From Candidatus Helarchaeota archaeon (GTDB lineage: Archaea > Asgardarchaeota > Lokiarchaeia > Helarchaeales > RDOG01): a DNA stretch of 64,000 nucleotides. The translations under genes and the position numbers were made by a program. Below the pieces are notes generated by a model. The model was not told where the DNA came from. It saw only the letters and a program-made list of their open reading frames with translations, and did no database searches. The stretch is from the NCBI GenBank assembly GCA_019058315.1, contig JAHPZH010000008.1, positions 64,001 to 128,000 of the forward strand, given 5' to 3'. Positions 59,666 through 64,000 of the stretch are shown here, piece after piece; the stretch's first letter is position 1, and the number at the start of each line of letters is the position of its first letter.

Positions 59666-61450
59666 TTGAAAAGAAAAATAAATGATATAATTTATCCATG
59701 GAAAACTCCTCCAGGAGTCGTGCTTGAAAAAAATCATTATGCGACTATGCGGGATGGTATAAAAATTGCGATGGATGTATACAAGCCCGCAGAGGGAAAT
59801 GGTCCATGGCCAGTTATTCTGTCGATAGCACCATATAAAAAGGAATTATTAATGGAAGTAGGCAATCTTAGTTTCTATGTTCCTAAAGGATATGTAATAG
59901 TCAATGCTCAAGCAAGAGGCAGTGGTTTATCACAAGGAAAGTACAACTTTGGTGATGAATTGGAACAACAAGATGGATATGATATTGTGGAATGGATCGC
60001 CAAACAACCATGGTGTGATGGAAATGTAGGTATGTTAGGGTGTTCCTATCTTGCTATGAGTCAATATTATGTAGCAGGACAGAAGCCACCTCATCTTAAA
60101 TGCATTGTCCCCATTAATGGCATGACTGATATATACAGAAATGCTATTTACCAAGGAGGACTCTTTAATTCTTCTTTTATGCACATGTGGGGAATAATGA
60201 CGCTTAAAAGTTGTGCATGGCCGAGTAATGTTCCCGGAAAGGAACAACCAGATGATGGACTTGCTGCTTGGTATTTTTATCCAGAAGATGGACCATATTA
60301 CTGGGAAAGAAGTGCAGATAGGCGTGCTGATGAGCTTGATATACCCATATTCGGCATAATTGCAGCCCATACTTACATCCATACAACTTCACAACTTATT
60401 ACGTATTCAAAAATCAAGAGTCCAAAGAAGCTAATGATATTACCAGAGGCTCCAGTGATGTATATGTTATTTGTCGATTTAAACGTGGGAATTAACCAAG
60501 AAATACTCAGATGGTTTGATTACTGGCTTAAAGGTATAGACACAAAAATTATGGACGATCCTCCAGTAGCGATCTACGATAATGGTACGAAAAAGTGGCG
60601 TTATGAAAATGAATATCCGCTTTTAAGGACAAAATGGACAAAATTTTTTCTACACCGAAATCCTGCTGGACCTGCAAGTAAGGCCCCATGGGGATTACTT
60701 AACCAAGATGCACCAACAGAAAATGAAAAACCCGATAAATTGAAGAGTTCTGCCTTAGGTGCCGCGAGTATGTTAGGGTCTGGGCTAAGTAGAGTGCCAC
60801 GAGGTAGTGGTTTATATAGAGAAGAAGCGCTACCCTCCTTTAAACCAGCAATTTTAGCATATTTAAGTCAACCTTTAATTGAGAATTTGACGGCATTGGG
60901 ACCGCTAAGCATTAATCTTTATGGATCTGCTGATACAGAGGACACATATACGTGGGCATGGTTTGTAAAAATAGGAGAAGTAGCACCCAATGATAAAGTT
61001 AGGGTCTGGACATTAGGTAATCTCAAAGCATCGTTTAGGGAGGTTGGCGAGGAAAAGTCAAAGCCAGGACAGCCTTGGCATTCTTTCCAAAACCCAGCTA
61101 TTCTAGAGCCAAACACAATCTATGATTTTCAAATCGAGATTCAACCCTTATTTCTTACTTTTAAAAAAGGACATAAGATTTATGTGGAGATTTCATGTGA
61201 GGACCCTGGCTATGAAATTGATAGTACCTGCGATCCAGTAGGATTAGCGGGATCAGTACCTAAAAAAATATCTGTTTACCATGATCCGGAACACCCATCC
61301 CATCTGCTACTGCCGGTTATTCCTGATGCTCCAGAAATCAAGCCAGTGGGACCACCTTTATCAGATATATATTGGGGTGGACCATCGATTAGCGATAATT
61401 ATATATCCAAATTTATAGGTGGAGCAAGTCGAAGTAAGCGTTCTAAATAA
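59666..61450 (+). CDS. CocE/NonD family hydrolase
   Basis: MRDGIKIAMDVYKP, ARGSGLSQG, DGYDIVEWIAKQPWCDGNVGMLGCSY, RWFDYWLKG. Confidence 0.92.
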   Translation: MKRKINDIIYPWKTPPGVVLEKNHYATMRDGIKIAMDVYKPAEGNGPWPVILSIAPYKKELLMEVGNLSFYVPKGYVIVNAQARGSGLSQGKYNFGDELEQQDGYDIVEWIAKQPWCDGNVGMLGCSYLAMSQYYVAGQKPPHLKCIVPINGMTDIYRNAIYQGGLFNSSFMHMWGIMTLKSCAWPSNVPGKEQPDDGLAAWYFYPEDGPYYWERSADRRADELDIPIFGIIAAHTYIHTTSQLITYSKIKSPKKLMILPEAPVMYMLFVDLNVGINQEILRWFDYWLKGIDTKIMDDPPVAIYDNGTKKWRYENEYPLLRTKWTKFFLHRNPAGPASKAPWGLLNQDAPTENEKPDKLKSSALGAASMLGSGLSRVPRGSGLYREEALPSFKPAILAYLSQPLIENLTALGPLSINLYGSADTEDTYTWAWFVKIGEVAPNDKVRVWTLGNLKASFREVGEEKSKPGQPWHSFQNPAILEPNTIYDFQIEIQPLFLTFKKGHKIYVEISCEDPGYEIDSTCDPVGLAGSVPKKISVYHDPEHPSHLLLPVIPDAPEIKPVGPPLSDIYWGGPSISDNYISKFIGGASRSKRSK

Positions 61451-61463
61451 TTTCATGAGTTCT

Positions 61464-61492
61464 GTGAGATTTTCTCACTACTTATTTTTTTT
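61464..61492 (+). terminator. hairpin plus T-tract after cocE
   Basis: GTGAGA-TTT-TCTCAC followed by a T8 run. Confidence 0.45.
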
Positions 61493-61587
61493 ATAGCTCA
61501 AAACATGATGAATAATTAAAATTAATATACCAAATATTATAGACATTTAAATATGTTCTAAACCTAGTAATTACGGCCACCCAGACT

Positions 61588-62598
61588 TTAGACTCTTTGT
61601 CGGAGTAATATATCCATTTGTTTATTAATATCTTGGCTAAAAAACCATAAATAACATTCTCTCCAAGCGTCAACCACTGATTTTTTTGGAGAATAACCTA
61701 AAATTTTCTTTGCTTTTTCGCATGAATAAGCTCCTCCGTATAAAATAAAATCCATAAGTTCTGATGGTGTAATAGTTTTAAAAAGCATGTTTGAAATTCT
61801 TTTAAATAGCTTTAAAGCAGATTCAACAAAACCTCTAGGAGGAATTATAATTCTTGACTTTGAATTTACTGATTTAACCAATCTTTCAAAGAATTGTTTT
61901 GCTCTTGGATAATCAGAAGCAGTAATATTGAATGCTTCTCCCACAGCACTTGGAATCTTTTCTGCCAGTAAAAAAGCATCTGCTAAATCACTTGAAGACA
62001 CATAACATACAGGGATATCTGCAAATGGAACAGGAATTGGCAAACCATATCTTATAAATAAAAAAATTCCAAGTGTTGATTTTTCATGATAAAAACCAGG
62101 GCCAAGAACCATCGGAATTCGTAAAAAAGTGGCTTTAAGCCCATATTTTTTCTGATAGTTAAGTAATAATTTTTCACATTCCATCTTATTACGACTATAA
62201 TGCCCTGTATACACTTTTTTATCGTCTTCTTTCAATGGTTTCATGATTTTTTGTGGCCCATAGACTTCTATAGTTGAAGCGAATAAAATACGTTTTACAT
62301 TATTTTTAACACAAGCTTTTGCGATATTGACAGTTCCGCCCACATTAATTTCCCAAAATCCTTTCTCATCCAATCTTGCTTGGGGCATTTTACCTGCTAA
62401 ATGAAATACAGTATCTACACTTTTACAAGCTTCCATAACTTTTTTGGGATCCTTGATATCTCCACGAACAAATTCAATATTAGAATTTTTAATGGGTGGG
62501 GGTGCAAGATCATAAACTCGAACATTTTCTCCATTTTTAAGAAGTTTTTGGACTAATGCCCTACCAATAACTCCAGATCCACCGGTTACAAGTTTCAT
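61588..62598 (-). CDS. NAD-dependent epimerase/dehydratase (3-beta-HSD-like extended SDR)
   Basis: TGGSGVIG, HLAG, NVGGT, YSRNK. Confidence 0.9.
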   Translation of the reverse strand: MKLVTGGSGVIGRALVQKLLKNGENVRVYDLAPPPIKNSNIEFVRGDIKDPKKVMEACKSVDTVFHLAGKMPQARLDEKGFWEINVGGTVNIAKACVKNNVKRILFASTIEVYGPQKIMKPLKEDDKKVYTGHYSRNKMECEKLLLNYQKKYGLKATFLRIPMVLGPGFYHEKSTLGIFLFIRYGLPIPVPFADIPVCYVSSSDLADAFLLAEKIPSAVGEAFNITASDYPRAKQFFERLVKSVNSKSRIIIPPRGFVESALKLFKRISNMLFKTITPSELMDFILYGGAYSCEKAKKILGYSPKKSVVDAWRECYLWFFSQDINKQMDILLRQRV

Positions 62599-62681
62599 TT
62601 GCAGTTATTCTCCTTTTTATTTAATTTTTTTTATAATTCAATGATTGTTAAATTGTTATTATATATATAATATTAATAATT

Positions 62682-63479
62682 TTGAAAAAAGAAAAACTAA
62701 GAGTGGAAAAAATGCTTTCAGAGAAGGTTCTATTAATAACTGGTGTTAGTGGTGGTATTGGATATGCAATTATGGAAGATTTAGTCATAAAAATCAAAAA
62801 TTTAATAACTTCTAGTAGAAAAAAATTGACTGATTTTTTAAAATTAGACCCAGTTCCAAGAAATTTAGAGCACATCCCTTTAGATCTAACAATAGAAAAA
62901 AATGTCCAAGATTTATTTCAACAAATTAAGAAAAAATATGGTCGATTAGATATTATGATAAATTGTGTAGGGGGAAGTTTGTATAGTCATCCAATTGAGG
63001 ATTTCCCAGTTGATGAATATGATAAGGTTATGGAAGTCAATTTGAAATCTGCATTTTTATTAACTAAATTTGGAATAAGAATGATGAAGAATAACGAAGA
63101 AGGCGGGAATATTGTTCATTTTGTGTCAAGTTCTGCAAAAAATATTTCTAAAAATAAAGCACCTTATGGCGTTGCTAAAGCAGGTTTAGCCCATCTTATC
63201 CATTATGCGGCATTTGAAGCAGCTAAATATGATATTAAGATTAATGGTATTTCGCCCACCTATGTTTTTACTCCACGGCATGAAAGAGAAATTAATGAAA
63301 AAATCCAAAAAACAGGTGTTAAAAGGGATGAGATAATAAAAAGTAAACTCTCAAGACAATTGTTAAAAAAAGAATTGTATCCAAATGATTTGCTGGATGT
63401 CGTGAAACTATTAATAACCACAGAAAGTATAACAGGACAAATATATAATTGTGCAATGGGAGAAATCTTATCCTATTGA
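62682..63479 (+). CDS. short-chain dehydrogenase/reductase
   Basis: TGVSGGIG, VNL, YGVAK, INGISP. Start may be ATG 62712. Confidence 0.9.
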   Translation: MKKEKLRVEKMLSEKVLLITGVSGGIGYAIMEDLVIKIKNLITSSRKKLTDFLKLDPVPRNLEHIPLDLTIEKNVQDLFQQIKKKYGRLDIMINCVGGSLYSHPIEDFPVDEYDKVMEVNLKSAFLLTKFGIRMMKNNEEGGNIVHFVSSSAKNISKNKAPYGVAKAGLAHLIHYAAFEAAKYDIKINGISPTYVFTPRHEREINEKIQKTGVKRDEIIKSKLSRQLLKKELYPNDLLDVVKLLITTESITGQIYNCAMGEILSY

Positions 63480-63502
63480 AGTCTACTTGGTATTTAATTT
63501 TT

Positions 63503-63982
63503 TTAATTATTTATTCTGCTTTTAATTTTATTAATTGCATTTAATATCTCATTTTCTCCAAACATAGAATATTCCGCTATATCTTTTTCGATCTCTAATA
63601 GTTCTTTTAACTCTTCAAGCTGTTCTTTTCCACCAATTTCACCAATTGCTTTAGCAGCGTAAACTTTAATATTCTTATTTTCTGCTATTCTTAAATTCTT
63701 CATGACCTCGTTAATCATATCTGTTCTTTTCATTTTCTCGATAGAATTTAAAACTGCTTTCTTTTTTTCAAAATCTTCTGAATACCATTTTGGTGTATTT
63801 AATATTTTTATAAATTCGGCACGTAATTTAGGCCATTCATCTATTTTTTCAGGATGTTTCTCAAGATATTGGGAAACATACCATTTTTGACCTAAGTGTC
63901 CATCTATAAGACAAATTGTAATAATTTCTTCATCAATCATATCTTTTTCTTCTAAATCCCTCAAAAGTGTACTATCAATCAA
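63503..63982 (-). CDS. HEAT-repeat-containing protein
   Basis: IKVYAAKAIGEIGGKEQLEELKELL PBS-HEAT motif; the start lies near the window edge. Confidence 0.65.
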   Translation of the reverse strand: MIDSTLLRDLEEKDMIDEEIITICLIDGHLGQKWYVSQYLEKHPEKIDEWPKLRAEFIKILNTPKWYSEDFEKKKAVLNSIEKMKRTDMINEVMKNLRIAENKNIKVYAAKAIGEIGGKEQLEELKELLEIEKDIAEYSMFGENEILNAINKIKSRINN

Positions 63983-64000
63983 TTTATGTTTTAAAATATA

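Overview
AT-rich, gene-dense archaeal chromosomal window. The gene content suggests an Asgard archaeon, possibly Loki/Helarchaeia-like (inference): a Loki-type histone, a Rab-like GTPase fold, a roadblock domain, a ubiquitin-like GG protein, a TFS paralogue, ADP-forming acyl-CoA ligase and frequent TTG/GTG starts. No rRNA, tRNA, CRISPR array, transposase or integrase was seen. 0-23 kb holds mostly Asgard-type hypothetical, regulatory and signalling genes. 27-33 kb is one giant surface protein. 33-64 kb is metabolic: ABC exporter, orphan N6-MTase, amino-sugar enzymes, three Zn dehydrogenases, tandem ThDP enzymes, tandem DUF1624 acyltransferases, hydroxyacyl-CoA dehydratase and CocE. Features missed by the ORF track: (1) a 3.37-kb cassette without an integrase, bounded by a perfect 37-bp direct repeat and inserted between two convergent genes; (2) a well-formed C/D-box guide sRNA with its own candidate promoter, one guide of which matches the 23S peptidyl-transferase region; (3) two small ribbon-helix-helix genes flanking the histone locus; (4) the true N-terminus (probable ATA start) of a P-loop-dead Rab-like pseudo-GTPase. 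Also notable is a ROK kinase + NagB + PIG-L deacetylase triple fusion. All family calls come from motif recognition by eye; no searches were run.
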